Assembly (NCBI GenBank): GCA_963662465.1 | Contig: OY759599.1 | Coordinates: 1,824,001-1,888,000 of the forward strand | Length of the DNA stretch: 64,000 bases | Source of the DNA: Desulfatiglandales bacterium | Lineage (GTDB): Bacteria > Desulfobacterota > DSM-4660 > Desulfatiglandales > Desulfatiglandaceae | Reading direction: 5' to 3' | Part shown: positions 1-11,090 of the stretch, piece after piece | How positions within the stretch are numbered: the first letter of the stretch is position 1 | How the letters are laid out: each line of letters opens with the position of its first letter | Program-made: the position numbers and the translations under genes | The notes under the pieces: model-generated | The model's database searches: none | The model's input: only the letters and a program-made list of their open reading frames with translations | What the model was told of the DNA's origin: nothing

Positions 1-464
1 CGGATGATTTCCACCAGCTTCATGATGGGAACGGGGTTGAAAAAGTGCATGCCGCAAACTCTTTCGGGCCTTTTGGTTGCCGCCGCGATTTCAGTGAGGG
101 ACATGGATGACGTATTGGAAGCCAGAATAACATGGGGCGCACACAGCTCGTCGAGTTCTTTGAACACACTTTTTTTCAGATCCAGGTCCTCAATAACCGC
201 TTCAATGACAAAATCGACATCTTTCAACTGTGTCATTTTAGTAGTACCCTTGATTCTGCCCTGGATGGCATCTTTATCCGCTGCCGTGATTTTCCCCTTT
301 TCAACACTCTTTGAAAGAAAGCGGTCGATGCTCTTCATCCCCCGCTCCACATACTCATCTTTAATATCTCTCAGAACAACCTCGCAACCGATTTGGGCTG
401 CCATCTGCGCGATGCCGTTACCCATGGCGCCGGCGCCAATCACGCCAATCTTCTTAATGTCCAT
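1..464 (-). CDS. hbd: 3-hydroxybutyryl/3-hydroxyacyl-CoA dehydrogenase, N-terminal part (runs off window start)
   Basis: Not in the ORF track. Manual translation from ATG 464 (RBS AAGGAG) gives [20 protein letters not shown]...[12 protein letters not shown]...[10 protein letters not shown]...[17 protein letters not shown]. Confidence 0.9.
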   Translation of the reverse strand, partial: MDIKKIGVIGAGAMGNGIAQMAAQIGCEVVLRDIKDEYVERGMKSIDRFLSKSVEKGKITAADKDAIQGRIKGTTKMTQLKDVDFVIEAVIEDLDLKKSVFKELDELCAPHVILASNTSSMSLTEIAAATKRPERVCGMHFFNPVPIMKLVEII

Positions 465-487
465 GATATCTCCTTTTGAAAATTTGA

Positions 488-715
488 TTACGCGGACTCA
501 ACTGAAGTCACTTCAGGAACGTTTTGCTTCAGGACTTTTTCAATGCCCAGCTTGAGGGTCATTTGACTCATGGGACAGCCACCGCATGCACCCATCAATT
601 TAACTTTTACCAATCCATTTGCATCCACGTCCACGAGTTGCACATCCCCTCCATCCGCTTGGAGAGAAGGCCTGACTTTTTGAAGTGCATCCTCTACTTT
701 TTCCCTTAATGTCAT
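488..715 (-). CDS. NifU C-terminal domain (NfuA-like) Fe-S carrier protein
   Basis: [15 protein letters not shown] and GACGGCP (CxxC) motifs. Start placed at ATG 715; ORF track gives 736. Confidence 0.88.
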   Translation of the reverse strand: MTLREKVEDALQKVRPSLQADGGDVQLVDVDANGLVKVKLMGACGGCPMSQMTLKLGIEKVLKQNVPEVTSVESA

Positions 716-795
716 GTTGTTATTACCCCGTTTCACTTTGGTTTTAGACTCTCTTCTTAGAACCGAAAATTTTTATCATATATTTGAGGAGATTG

Positions 796-1905
796 CTACC
801 CAAAAATCTTGATGACCCGTTCATCCAGAAAGTGCTTGAGCCCACTTGATTTTAGAGGAGACCAACCCATGCTTTTCCGCCAGACTTCATCCGATTCCAT
901 GCACAAGTAGAGTCCCAAATCAGAGTGCCATTGTTCCAGATTTTTCCGCATGAAATCATAGAGTTCGATCCTGATGGGCTTAAAATACCGGGCCTTGCCG
1001 TCCAGGCCCGTAATAAACTCGCCATCGAGAATTGACGTATGGGGATGCCGTTTCCGAATAATCGGTTTGAGATCGGGCATGAACCTGAAAGAACCCATGC
1101 TGATCCAGATAATCCTTTCGGGATCCAGATGCCGGGCCATCATATCAATGGTCTTTAGATATCCTTCCCGCCAGCCTTTATGGGGTATCATCGGATCAAA
1201 ATGAAAACTCACCACAAAGCCTTCCTGCTGGCATCGTCTCGCCGCGTCAAGCCTTTGCTTAAGCGTTGCTGCCCCCTTCTCTTCTTTTGCCGCAATCAAC
1301 GGGCTGTTGAGAGACCAGGATACAATAATGCGATCCCTGTATGGAGAGGCCAGCAACCCCTCTATTTGCGCGGTTTTGGTTTTGAATTCCAGGACGACAT
1401 TCTTTCTTTCGGAGAAAGGCTTCATAAGGATATCAGTCCAGTGCGTCAACGAATCCAAGGCAAGACTATCCGCGAATTCACCGGTTCCCACCCGGATAAT
1501 TTGTTCCGGATCCCGGTCTATGACTGCCATGATTCGGGCCAGATTCTCTTCCAGGTTAACGTGAATCCTCAAATACGGCTGGTTCAGGAAATAGGACTGA
1601 AGAATGCAGTAGCTGCAGTCGAGGGGGCAATTGGTTGCCGTATTGAGAATTTGATATCCACAGCAGATGTATTCCTTTGTCCCCGGACAGGGTTTCAAAA
1701 ATTCGCCTTTATAGGAAATCAGGTGCAGCGTATCCTTGCCCATGTTTCCGCTCCCCGCTTTTGAATCGAGAGCCTTTTGAAGTTCAAGCGGCGCTCCGGA
1801 AACGTCCGGTAGTTCATGGGGAAGTCCGCCCATAATGCTTCGGGTCATGGGTTTTTTTTCAGACCCTTCGTCTATAATGACTCTTTTGATATGAAAATCC
1901 ACCAT
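796..1905 (-). CDS. Spore photoproduct lyase (SplB)-like radical SAM protein
   Basis: CPLDCSYC radical SAM motif, KPCPGT..YICC, RVGTGEFADSL and YLCMES. ATG 1905 overlaps the upstream stop (TAATG). Confidence 0.85.
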   Translation of the reverse strand: MVDFHIKRVIIDEGSEKKPMTRSIMGGLPHELPDVSGAPLELQKALDSKAGSGNMGKDTLHLISYKGEFLKPCPGTKEYICCGYQILNTATNCPLDCSYCILQSYFLNQPYLRIHVNLEENLARIMAVIDRDPEQIIRVGTGEFADSLALDSLTHWTDILMKPFSERKNVVLEFKTKTAQIEGLLASPYRDRIIVSWSLNSPLIAAKEEKGAATLKQRLDAARRCQQEGFVVSFHFDPMIPHKGWREGYLKTIDMMARHLDPERIIWISMGSFRFMPDLKPIIRKRHPHTSILDGEFITGLDGKARYFKPIRIELYDFMRKNLEQWHSDLGLYLCMESDEVWRKSMGWSPLKSSGLKHFLDERVIKIFG

Positions 1906-2903
1906 TAAGCGCCTTTGTTCCAAGGGTCTTCGAGTTCTATGAGGCTATCTTTTTTTGCCAGGGTTACCAGTTTTTCTCTCAAATCCTTTCCGTCCATAAA
2001 AGAGATTTCAAGCTTATAATTGGGACCTTCAAAATAGGGAGGGGGGGTGATTTGGAACCCCGCGGGAAGTTTCAGGTTTTTCACCATGCGATTGAAGCCT
2101 TTTTCGGCCTTCACTAAATGGGGCAATCGCCTTGTACGCAGAAGTTTGATAAGGGCCCTGACTTTCTGGGGGCTGTTCATTTGCTCGTTCTCGCAAATAA
2201 TCGTCAAATCGGATTTATTCAGCAACTCGAAAATGGACTGATTTTCAATACGGGACAGATCATTAACAAAATCAATGAACTGGGCTTGCTGGTTTTTGCT
2301 GAACTTGACAGCGGAAAAATATCGGCAAATTTCATTTCTTGCGGGTGAATCCATTTCCAATAGCAGCTTTGCCGCTTGTATTGACAAACTGCCACAGGCC
2401 AGCAGGTCTTTGGCCCGTCGATCGAGGGACGTCTCGATCCGCACAAAAAGATGAAGGGTTTCTTCATGTGAGGGCAAATTAAACAGGGGCATGACGTTCT
2501 TCATTACTTCTTCCTCGGGAAGCAATTCAGCCAGTCTGGTCAAGGCCATGCCCGTTTCAACTGCATTGAAATCCCTGACCGCCAGATTATCGTAAAGATT
2601 CAGCATCAGACATTGGAGCGATGAAGTCTCAGGCGGCAAAACGCGACATGGCGCCTGGTCCACATCCAGCGTCTTCAAAACCGCTATCCTTCGAAAACCC
2701 GCAACCACCCAAAATTCATCCTCGACCCCGCCCTTCCCTTTTCTTGCCAGAATCGGCGAATTAATCAAACCGATTTTATTTATGGAAGCCGCCAGGGGAC
2801 CCGGATCAAAACCATAGCTCATACCATAGGGACCTGGTGAATCATCAATCTGGGATAGATTGATCTGTTGCGGAAAGATGTTGGTAATTTCGAGCATGTT
2901 CAT
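1905..2903 (-). CDS. ParB/Srx N-terminal domain protein
   Basis: LAASINKIGLINSPIL, VVAGFRRI and DNLAVRDFNAVE match ParB-N patterns. RBS GAGG before ATG 2903. Confidence 0.75.
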   Translation of the reverse strand: MNMLEITNIFPQQINLSQIDDSPGPYGMSYGFDPGPLAASINKIGLINSPILARKGKGGVEDEFWVVAGFRRIAVLKTLDVDQAPCRVLPPETSSLQCLMLNLYDNLAVRDFNAVETGMALTRLAELLPEEEVMKNVMPLFNLPSHEETLHLFVRIETSLDRRAKDLLACGSLSIQAAKLLLEMDSPARNEICRYFSAVKFSKNQQAQFIDFVNDLSRIENQSIFELLNKSDLTIICENEQMNSPQKVRALIKLLRTRRLPHLVKAEKGFNRMVKNLKLPAGFQITPPPYFEGPNYKLEISFMDGKDLREKLVTLAKKDSLIELEDPWNKGA

Positions 2904-3016
2904 GTATAACCTCAATTTCTGGAATCATAATAATTTTCCCGGGTCTGGTGTGTTTTTTGCTCCCAGCTCTCCTATAGCACTATTTGACAAACTTTGGAAG
3001 GGAGGGGGGGGACTGG

Positions 3017-4387
3017 CTACAAACCATATTCCTTTATCTTCGATATGAGCATGGGGCGACTGACCTCAAGGAGTTTGGCGGCCTGCGTTTTATTGCCGCC
3101 GGTTCTTTTGAGCGCTTTTGCAATGAAGTCTCGCTGCAAACGTTTTGTGGCCCGCTTGATGGAGAGAATTTCCAATCCGTCGATTTCTTCAAGGGGATTT
3201 CGGTGTTTCAGCAGGCTGGTGGGAAGGTCTTCAGGGGTTATCCACCTACCTGTTGCAAGCAGTACAGCCCTCTCCATGGTATTTTCCAATTCCCTGACGT
3301 TTCCCGGCCAGTGATACCCCATGATCATGCTCATGGCGTCCGAAGAAAGACCCTCCACATTTTTCCCGAGTTTGTGGTTAAGTTGATCCACAAAGTAGCC
3401 GATTAAAAGGGAAAGATCCCCTTTCCGGTCTCTCAGGGGGGGTAAATGAATGCGCCAGACATTGATACGATAATAAAGGTCCTCCCTGAAATTTCCCATT
3501 TGTACCTCTTTGGCCAGATCCTTTGAGGTGGCCGCAATGACCCGCACATCAATTTTCCGAGCGCCGCTCCCTCCCAACGGGGTAATCTCTTCTTCCTGCA
3601 ACACCCGCAGGAGCTTTACCTGCAACGAAAATGGCAATTCACCGATTTCATCCAGGAATAAAGTTCCCTTGTGCGCTTCATCAAAACGACCGGGCTTGTC
3701 CCTGGTGGCATCGGTAAAGGCCCCTTTTTTATAACCGAACAACTCGCTTTCAATGAGACTTTCAGGAATACCGCCGCAATTAATGGAAACCATCGGCGCA
3801 TCGGTTCTCCGGCCGTTGGCATGAACAGCCTTGGCAATCAGTTCCTTTCCAGTGCCACTCTCCCCGGTGATTAACACGGTCGTTTTATGTTCCGCAACTT
3901 TTTTTACCAGATCGAAAACCTTTGCCATGGCTTCACTTCTGGCCACGATGCTGCCGAAAGAATATTTATTCTCAATCTGTTCCACTCTTTTTTTGAGATT
4001 CAGGTTTTCCGCTTTCAGCCGTTCACGCTCTTCCGCCTTTTTAAGGGTCAAAAGAACTTCGTCCGTTTTAAAAGGTTTGGAAATATAGTCGTAGGCCCCT
4101 TTTTTGATGGCCTCAAGCGCCGTGTCAACCGTGCCGTAGGCAGACATCATGATGTAAGTCTTTTCAGGATGTCTTTTCACTGCGTCCGTTAAGAAAGCCA
4201 TGCCATCCATGCGAGGCATTCTGATGTCGCACAGGATGTAGTCAAAGTCCTCGTGATCCATTTTTTCCAGCGCCGCAAAACCGTCTTCGGCACACGAAAC
4301 CAGGTAGTTTGCCTTTTCCAGCAGGAATTTCAACATATGGCGCATGTTTTTTTCATCGTCAATCACGAGTACACGTCTTTCCGGCAC
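3017..4387 (-). CDS. Sigma54-dependent response regulator (NtrC/PilR family; REC-AAA-HTH)
   Basis: VLVIDDE, GESGTGKE, ESELFG, GAFTDA, LFLDEIGE, WPGNVRELEN and a Fis-type HTH. GTG 4387 follows RBS AGGAG. Confidence 0.93.
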   Translation of the reverse strand: MPERRVLVIDDEKNMRHMLKFLLEKANYLVSCAEDGFAALEKMDHEDFDYILCDIRMPRMDGMAFLTDAVKRHPEKTYIMMSAYGTVDTALEAIKKGAYDYISKPFKTDEVLLTLKKAEERERLKAENLNLKKRVEQIENKYSFGSIVARSEAMAKVFDLVKKVAEHKTTVLITGESGTGKELIAKAVHANGRRTDAPMVSINCGGIPESLIESELFGYKKGAFTDATRDKPGRFDEAHKGTLFLDEIGELPFSLQVKLLRVLQEEEITPLGGSGARKIDVRVIAATSKDLAKEVQMGNFREDLYYRINVWRIHLPPLRDRKGDLSLLIGYFVDQLNHKLGKNVEGLSSDAMSMIMGYHWPGNVRELENTMERAVLLATGRWITPEDLPTSLLKHRNPLEEIDGLEILSIKRATKRLQRDFIAKALKRTGGNKTQAAKLLEVSRPMLISKIKEYGL

Positions 4388-4403
4388 AACAAATCTCCTA
4401 ATT

Positions 4404-5957
4404 TTAGGTTTCAACACTGCCAAGTGGTATTTCAAGGATAAGGGTTGTCCCTTTGCCGGGTTCGCTTTCCGCACGAATTTTCCCGCCTGCCCGTTCCATC
4501 ATCGTGTAACAGATGGAAAGGCCCAGGCCCGTGCCCTTTCCCGGTTCTTTGGTTGTGAAAAACGGGTCAAAGATGCGGGTAATTTCGTCAGCCGGCATGC
4601 CGTACCCCGTATCTGAAACCCGAATAATCAGAAACCCTTCTTCGTTCAGGGTCTCAAGGGTCAGAATCGATTCCGCGTGAGCCCCGGGGGAAACCGCATT
4701 ATGATCCATGGCATCCGCCGCATTGATGATGACGTTTAAAAAAACCTGTTTAAGCGAATCCTGCGCCACCCTGATCCTATCCGATTCGGCATAGAAGGAT
4801 CGCCTTATGTGAATCTGTTCAAACATGGGTTGAGGACTTAAAACGGTCAGGACTTCTTCCAGGATTTGATGGGCATGGGTTTCCTTTTGTTCGCCGCCCG
4901 AGGGTCTTGAAAAATCCAGAAGATCTCTGATAATGCTATTGATTCGCGTGATCTCCGATTCTACTCTGAACAAAAAATCCCGTCGTTCCAATCCATTGAG
5001 ATCCCCCCGCTGAAGCAGCTCGATATATCCCAGGATAATGCCCAATGGATTTCCGATTTCGTGGGCTACGCCTGTGGCCAGACGGCCAACCGAAGCCATT
5101 TTTTCAGATTTGACGATTTCATCCTGCGCCTTTTTGATTTCCCGGTTGGCCGCCTCCAACGATGAAATGTTCTCCTTGAGTTTTTTCTCATTGGCGTCAA
5201 GCTGTCTTAACATGAGATTCAAGGATTGCGAAAGTCGCCCGATTTCGCTATTGGGAGATTCTCCTTTCTGCATAATGGGAATGGCGCCGTCAAATCGTTC
5301 CGTCACAGCAAGAAGTCGGTTGATGGGCCTGACCACGGTTCGAGAGAGCAGGTAAATGCCAAAAAGAACCAGGATAAGCGTATTCATTCCGATATACGCC
5401 AGGACAACGGTTTCAGATTCTCTTAGTTTCCCATAGAGGTGTTTTAAATTAGAAAAAACGGCAACAGATCCCGTAAGACGTCCGTCAATCCATAGCGGCG
5501 AAGCGAGGACCACCTTTTCAGGCGCCAACCAGAACAGTCCCCAGGTTTTTCCTGAGAATTCAACGGTGGGATCCGCAAGGTTATCCATGGCGTTTCGAAC
5601 CACATGCTTTTCATTCACCCCCCAATATCCATGAGAAAAAACCTTCAACCCTTTTCCGTTGATGAGCATAGCTCCGGAAAACTCACCCACGCGAAGCAAA
5701 GATGCCACATTTTTGCGAAAATCAGTTCCCCCCACGTGGGTTTCCCGGTCTGTTTTGCGGTTCTCCTGATCTTCAAATACGATAATGCTGACAGCCTGAA
5801 GCAGTAACCGACCCCGTTGTACATGCGCATTGACGAGATCTCTCTCTGCAAATTTGGCCATCACCACATGAATGAGCAGCATGGCAGACAGAATCAGAAG
5901 TGCCAGACTGGTCATGATGACGGTTCTCAATCGATTGAAGACAAATGGGACCCGCAA
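4404..5957 (-). CDS. Membrane sensor histidine kinase (HAMP-HisKA-HATPase)
   Basis: Two TM segments, [11 protein letters not shown]-box, [22 protein letters not shown] and GTGLGL. Confidence 0.93.
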   Translation of the reverse strand: MRVPFVFNRLRTVIMTSLALLILSAMLLIHVVMAKFAERDLVNAHVQRGRLLLQAVSIIVFEDQENRKTDRETHVGGTDFRKNVASLLRVGEFSGAMLINGKGLKVFSHGYWGVNEKHVVRNAMDNLADPTVEFSGKTWGLFWLAPEKVVLASPLWIDGRLTGSVAVFSNLKHLYGKLRESETVVLAYIGMNTLILVLFGIYLLSRTVVRPINRLLAVTERFDGAIPIMQKGESPNSEIGRLSQSLNLMLRQLDANEKKLKENISSLEAANREIKKAQDEIVKSEKMASVGRLATGVAHEIGNPLGIILGYIELLQRGDLNGLERRDFLFRVESEITRINSIIRDLLDFSRPSGGEQKETHAHQILEEVLTVLSPQPMFEQIHIRRSFYAESDRIRVAQDSLKQVFLNVIINAADAMDHNAVSPGAHAESILTLETLNEEGFLIIRVSDTGYGMPADEITRIFDPFFTTKEPGKGTGLGLSICYTMMERAGGKIRAESEPGKGTTLILEIPLGSVET

Positions 5958-6013
5958 ATTTTAACCTCTTCATGGCGGTAGAACCTGTTTTCTCAACCGT
6001 AAACCGTGAACGG

Positions 6014-6790
6014 CTACAAAAAGAGACCGAAATACCAAATTGAAATTTCCCGGCCAAAAAAAAGATAGGCAACAGCGCCCAGCGATAGGAAAGGACCAAA
6101 GGGGATCTGTGTGCGGGCGCCTTTTCCCCCCACCAGGATAAAGATAGAACCGATAACGGCGCCGCTTAAGGAAGACATCAAAACGATGAGCGGCAGGGGC
6201 TTCCAGCCCATCCATGCGCCGATCATGGCCAGTAGCTTGATATCTCCGCCCCCCAAACCTTCCCTTCCCGTAATTCGCGCATAACCGGCGGCCACCAGAT
6301 AAAGCGCTCCCCCGCCTGACGCCGAACCTATCAGGGCATCGACCCAACAGGTCCCTCCCGGCAAAAAAGATACGGCCCATCCCACCACAATGCCCGGCAA
6401 TGTCAGAACATCGGGCAGGATTTTGTAATCAAAATCAATGAAACTGAGAATCACCAACGTTCCAGTAAACAAAAGGAAAAGAATGTATTGTAGATGTAAA
6501 CCAAATCTGATAAAGAGAGCTAAGCTCAATAAAGCCATTAAGATCTCCACCAGAGGATATCTGAAGGACACACTGACCTTGCATTGCCTGCACCGGCCCC
6601 GCAGAAAAAGATAGCTGATCACGGGAATGTTATCATAGTATGGAATTCTGCTCCCACAGTGCGGGCATGACGATGGGGGATGTATAATTGACTTGTTGAG
6701 GGGAATGCGATAAATACAGACGTTCGCAAAACTTCCCAAACAGAGCCCAAATAAAACTGAATAAATGCCTAAGGTGAAATCAATATTCAT
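6014..6790 (-). CDS. pilD: Prepilin peptidase / N-methyltransferase
   Basis: GSFANVCIYRIP, CPHC..CRQC, FIDFDYKILPD, GGGDIKL and PFGPFL. Confidence 0.93.
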   Translation of the reverse strand: MNIDFTLGIYSVLFGLCLGSFANVCIYRIPLNKSIIHPPSSCPHCGSRIPYYDNIPVISYLFLRGRCRQCKVSVSFRYPLVEILMALLSLALFIRFGLHLQYILFLLFTGTLVILSFIDFDYKILPDVLTLPGIVVGWAVSFLPGGTCWVDALIGSASGGGALYLVAAGYARITGREGLGGGDIKLLAMIGAWMGWKPLPLIVLMSSLSGAVIGSIFILVGGKGARTQIPFGPFLSLGAVAYLFFGREISIWYFGLFL

Positions 6791-6817
6791 GAGATAGACG
6801 CTGAGGACACAAAAAAG

Positions 6818-7447
6818 ATGCCTCCCAAAAAGAATTCAGGAAAAAAAAGCAAGGTGTTGTTTCTTTCAATCCATTCGGATAATCCACAACAGCGCCATAT
6901 CGACCGCGTGAGTGAAATCCTGGATCAAGGGGGCGTCATTTCCTACCCCACGGATACGTTTTACGGGATCGGCTGCGACCTTTTTAACAAGAAGGGAATC
7001 CAACACATTTACCGATTGAAAAATCGACCCTTGAAACAGCCCTTCTCTTTTGTCTGCGACAGCCTGAATGAAATCAGCAAATATGCGTTGGTATCCAACT
7101 ATGCGTACAAAACCATGAAGCGCCTGTTGCCGGGACCATATACCTTTATTCTGGAAGGAACTCGCCTGGTTCCAAAAATCATGTTGACCAAACGAAAAAC
7201 CGTGGGCATTCGCGTGCCGGACAACAATATCACCCGTGCCATTGTTCGTACGCTGGGCAGGCCGATCATCAGTACCAGCGCGGAGTTTAATGACCCCTAT
7301 GCCATCGAGGAAGCTTATGGCTCCAATCTCGACGCGATTATTGACGGCGGCCTGCTTTATCCGAACCCCTCAAGCGTTGTCAGTCTGATTGATGACAGCC
7401 CGGAAATTATTAGGGAAGGCAAAGGGGATATCAGTAGTTTCCACTAG
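6818..7447 (+). CDS. Sua5/YciO/TsaC family threonylcarbamoyl-AMP synthase-like protein
   Basis: YPTDTFYGIGC, LPGPYTFIL, VGIRVPD and IISTSA. Confidence 0.9.
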   Translation: MPPKKNSGKKSKVLFLSIHSDNPQQRHIDRVSEILDQGGVISYPTDTFYGIGCDLFNKKGIQHIYRLKNRPLKQPFSFVCDSLNEISKYALVSNYAYKTMKRLLPGPYTFILEGTRLVPKIMLTKRKTVGIRVPDNNITRAIVRTLGRPIISTSAEFNDPYAIEEAYGSNLDAIIDGGLLYPNPSSVVSLIDDSPEIIREGKGDISSFH

Positions 7448-8345
7448 ACGAGTTTGCAAGGCCATCCCATTGGTACGCCACCTGGGCCCTCTGATCAAAC
7501 AACACACCGGAAATAGACCTAGCGCTTGATTCAAGAAACAAATTCAACCATTCCCCTTTGCTTTTTTCAGGATAAACCAGCTCTACATCTCCCTTAATAC
7601 CAAGGATTTCTTTCACGATTTCAACCGTATCCTGGAAATTCCCCAAATAATCAACCAAACCGAGATCTTTGGCCCGGGCGCCTGAGAAAATCCGACCGTC
7701 CGCAATTTCCCTAACCTTTAAAACGGATAGATTTCGACCCGAGGCCACCGATGATACAAACTGCCCCTGTAAATCCGTTATCAACGCTTCGACAATTTCC
7801 CGGTCTCTTTCGGTTAATTTTCGATCCGGCGACCCCATATCCTTGAACTCGCCGCTTTTGACGATTTCAAAATCAACACCGATTTTGTTAAGGAGTTCCT
7901 GAAGGCGAACAAATTGGATAAAAACACCGATGCTGCCGGTGATGGTCCCGGGATTTGACACGATTTTACTGGCGGCGGCCGCCACATAATATCCACCCGA
8001 TGCCGCGATGGATCCCAGGGATACGACAACCGGTTTCTTAGGAATAATCTTCTGAACTTCCCGATGAATCTCCTGAGTCGCTCCCACCCCCCCACCGGGA
8101 GAATTGATTCGCAGGATGATGGCTTTTATGCTGTCGTCCTTTCCGAATTTATTCAGTTGGGAGGTAATGGTCTTGGAAGTGGAAATCGTCCCTGTTATGG
8201 AAACAACGCCGATCTTTTCTTTAAAAAGTACCGTTCTGGAAGGCACGAAAAAATGAAGGACCAGAATCAGGGTGCTGCCCAATACAACAGCGACACCCAG
8301 GAGGATGGCCAGCACGGTCAATAATGGGCGGCTTTTTGTTGACAT
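7431..8345 (-). CDS. sppA: Signal peptide peptidase SppA (36 kDa type)
   Basis: RINSPGG, AASGGYY, TGSIGV and KSGEFKD, with an N-terminal TM anchor. Confidence 0.93.
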   Translation of the reverse strand: MSTKSRPLLTVLAILLGVAVVLGSTLILVLHFFVPSRTVLFKEKIGVVSITGTISTSKTITSQLNKFGKDDSIKAIILRINSPGGGVGATQEIHREVQKIIPKKPVVVSLGSIAASGGYYVAAAASKIVSNPGTITGSIGVFIQFVRLQELLNKIGVDFEIVKSGEFKDMGSPDRKLTERDREIVEALITDLQGQFVSSVASGRNLSVLKVREIADGRIFSGARAKDLGLVDYLGNFQDTVEIVKEILGIKGDVELVYPEKSKGEWLNLFLESSARSISGVLFDQRAQVAYQWDGLANSSSGNY

Positions 8346-8461
8346 GACTACACATTTTCTTCCAAAATTAAAATCATGGCTGTTCAGATAAATAAGTTCA
8401 CAACTTCCAAAAGCACCACATCTCTAATGACCCGATTTAATGCTATGCTTTGTGTTTGCTC

Positions 8462-8493
8462 AAATCCGCAATCCGAAATCCGAAATCCGAAAT
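8462..8493. repeat. Heptamer tandem repeat (AAATCCG)n
   Basis: aaatccg caatccg aaatccg aaatccg aaat, between rpsA and sppA. Confidence 0.75.
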
Positions 8494-8498
8494 GCTGG

Positions 8499-10304
8499 TT
8501 ATTCCCCCAGGGATTGGCGCTCTATATTCATCATCTCTTCCCGCAGCAGATCACCCAGGTTTGAAGTCGCTTCCTTTCGGTTGTTGACATAGTTTTGGAA
8601 AATCTCTTTTTCACTGGGCTGTTCCAGTTTACGAATGGAAAGCCCGATTTTCTTTTCAGGGCGGGAAACATTGATGACCTTTGTCTGGATGACGTCGTCC
8701 ACTTGAAATCGAGACAGGGGGTTACCGTGTTTATCGCCCGAAATCTCGGAGACATGGACCAGACCCTCGATGCCTTCTTCCAGTTCAATAAACAACCCAA
8801 AATCGGTTATGTTGGTAACCGTTCCGGTAACTCGCGTTCCAGCTTTATATTTTATGGGAATTTCATCCCATGGATCAGGCGCCAGCTGTTTGATGCCCAG
8901 AGAAAAACGCTCATTTTCTTTATCGATGTTAAGGACCACAGCCTGCACTTCCTGGCCCTTCTTATAAACCTCGGAGGGATGTTTAATCCGTTTGGTCCAA
9001 GACATATCAGAGATATGAACGAGCCCGTCTATCCCTTCATCAATACCTATAAACGCCCCAAAATCCGTAATATTCTTTATTTTCCCTTCGATGGTGGCGC
9101 CGATAGGGTACTTTTCTCCAATCACATCCCAGGGGTTGGGCTCAACCTGTTTCATCCCGAGTGAAATACGTTTCCGTGAAACATCCATGTTAAGGACGAC
9201 GGCGTCAACCGTATCGCCAACATTTAAAATCTGTGAAGGGTGTCGTATTTTCCGCGTCCATGACATTTCCGACACATGGATCAAACCTTCAACGCCCTGT
9301 TCTACTTCCACGAAAGCGCCGTAGTCGGTAAGACTGACAACACGCCCGGCAATTCTTTGGCCGATGGGATATTTTTCCGTTACCTGGCTCCATGGGTCGG
9401 GCGCCAATTGTTTAATCCCCAGCGAAACCCGTTCCTTCTCGCGGTCAAAATTCAACACCTTGACTTGGATTTCATCTCCCACCTGATAGATCTCGGAAGG
9501 GTGTCCTACCCGTCCCCAGCTCATATCCGTAATATGAACAAGGCCGTCGATTCCCCCCAGATCAATGAACAGTCCGTAATCGGTAATGTTTTTGACTGCC
9601 CCTTTCAAAACAGCGCCGTCGCTGATAATTTTGAGTGTTTCCTCTTTCAGCGCGGCACGTTCGGTTTCGAGTATGGCGCGACGGGACAAAACGATATTTC
9701 CCCGCCGTTTATTGTATTTAACAATCTTAAATTCATGCTCGGTATCCACCAGGCTGTCCATATCTCTGACCGGCCTGAGATCTACCTGGGAACCGGGTAA
9801 AAAGGCCTGAAGACCGATATCAACAGACAATCCACCCTTCACCCTGGAAACAATCTTGCCTTTAACCGTGCCGTCGCTTTCGTATATTTCCTTGATTTGA
9901 TCCCATATTTTGATCTTTGCGGCCTTTTCCTTGGACAGTCGAATGACCCCTTCCTCATCTTCTCTTTTTTCAAGGAGAACCTCAACCTTGTCGCCCACTC
10001 TGGCGGAAAGCTGCCCCTGAGCATCCAGAAATTCATGAATGGGGATCTGACCTTCCGACTTGTAGCCGATATCTACCAACACGTATTCCTTATCTACTTG
10101 AACGATTTCTCCGGGAACCACCTCGCCTTCCTGAATGCTCTTCAAACTTTCTTCATACATTTGCATGAAGTTGTCCGCATCCATGTCCTGAATATCGTCC
10201 GCGCCTTGGCCCTCCTCATCAATCATCGGGTCATCATCTTGGGATACAGCTTCATCATCGGTTATTGTTTCGTCTTGAGTTAAGAAGTCAGTCGTTTTTT
10301 CCAT
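8499..10304 (-). CDS. rpsA: 30S ribosomal protein S1
   Basis: Six S1 repeats (e.g. ITDYGLFIDLGGIDGLVHITDMSW); lies next to cmk. Confidence 0.97.
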   Translation of the reverse strand: MEKTTDFLTQDETITDDEAVSQDDDPMIDEEGQGADDIQDMDADNFMQMYEESLKSIQEGEVVPGEIVQVDKEYVLVDIGYKSEGQIPIHEFLDAQGQLSARVGDKVEVLLEKREDEEGVIRLSKEKAAKIKIWDQIKEIYESDGTVKGKIVSRVKGGLSVDIGLQAFLPGSQVDLRPVRDMDSLVDTEHEFKIVKYNKRRGNIVLSRRAILETERAALKEETLKIISDGAVLKGAVKNITDYGLFIDLGGIDGLVHITDMSWGRVGHPSEIYQVGDEIQVKVLNFDREKERVSLGIKQLAPDPWSQVTEKYPIGQRIAGRVVSLTDYGAFVEVEQGVEGLIHVSEMSWTRKIRHPSQILNVGDTVDAVVLNMDVSRKRISLGMKQVEPNPWDVIGEKYPIGATIEGKIKNITDFGAFIGIDEGIDGLVHISDMSWTKRIKHPSEVYKKGQEVQAVVLNIDKENERFSLGIKQLAPDPWDEIPIKYKAGTRVTGTVTNITDFGLFIELEEGIEGLVHVSEISGDKHGNPLSRFQVDDVIQTKVINVSRPEKKIGLSIRKLEQPSEKEIFQNYVNNRKEATSNLGDLLREEMMNIERQSLGE

Positions 10305-10397
10305 TAACCTGATAACCCCCCCCTGAGTCTGTCTGCCTTAGCAAAATAATCTAGGCTATTCACTAGCAAACCTAAGACGGAATTTCAACTTATTTCC

Positions 10398-11090
10398 TCA
10401 AATAGAGCGCAATAAGTCCAAATTTCCAATATGCTTGAGCATGCATTTCACCACCGCTTCGATTCCCATTCCCGTTGAATCGAGAACCAATGCATCGGCA
10501 GCGGGCTTCAAAGGCGCCAAGGTTCGATTTTCATCCTGATAATCCCTTTTTTTCAATCTTGCGCTAACCGTCTCCTTTTCCACTGTTTTCCCACGGGCTA
10601 ACAATTCCAAATATCGTCTGGAGGCCCTTTCTTCAAGGGAAGCCGTCAATAAAAATTTAAACCTCGCATTGGGGAAAACCACTGTTCCCATATCCCTTCC
10701 TTCGGCAACAAGACCCGTACTCCGGCCCTGGGCCATTTTTCTTTGAAGGTTTCCCATGGCTTCCCGAACTTCTTTGACCGCAGAGACCCTTGACGAAAGC
10801 ATATCGATCTCAGCGTTTCTGATTTGTTCCGATATGTCCTCATTTCCCATCAACAATCCAGACGGATTTTGGTCTGTGCCAAAGCGCAGATTCAGGGTCG
10901 CACACAATTTTCCCAATTTGATGCCGTCATCCATGGAAATCCCTTTCCGTTTGGCGGCAAGGGCCACGGCACGGTACATGGCGCCGGTGTCCAAATAGGC
11001 ATACCCGATCCTGGCGGCAAGTATCCGGCTGATGGTACTTTTGCCGGAACCCGCTGGGCCGTCAATGGTGATAACCTCTACAGCAGTCAT
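10398..11090 (-). CDS. cmk: Cytidylate kinase
   Basis: ITIDGPAGSGKST, YLDTGAMYRA and EGRDMGTVVFP. Confidence 0.96.
   Translation of the reverse strand: MTAVEVITIDGPAGSGKSTISRILAARIGYAYLDTGAMYRAVALAAKRKGISMDDGIKLGKLCATLNLRFGTDQNPSGLLMGNEDISEQIRNAEIDMLSSRVSAVKEVREAMGNLQRKMAQGRSTGLVAEGRDMGTVVFPNARFKFLLTASLEERASRRYLELLARGKTVEKETVSARLKKRDYQDENRTLAPLKPAADALVLDSTGMGIEAVVKCMLKHIGNLDLLRSI

Noticed and set aside
4..555. 183-aa plus-strand ORF
   Set aside because: Antisense shadow of the minus-strand hbd gene.
3017..5957. Naming the pair pilR/pilS
   Set aside because: Proximity to pilD is suggestive, but orthology among NtrB/NtrC-like paralogs cannot be established by eye.
5773..6099. Possible frameshifted start of the sensor kinase (MKRLKF frame)
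   Set aside because: TTG 5957 has its own GAGG RBS and gives a normal N-terminal TM helix, so no frameshift is needed.
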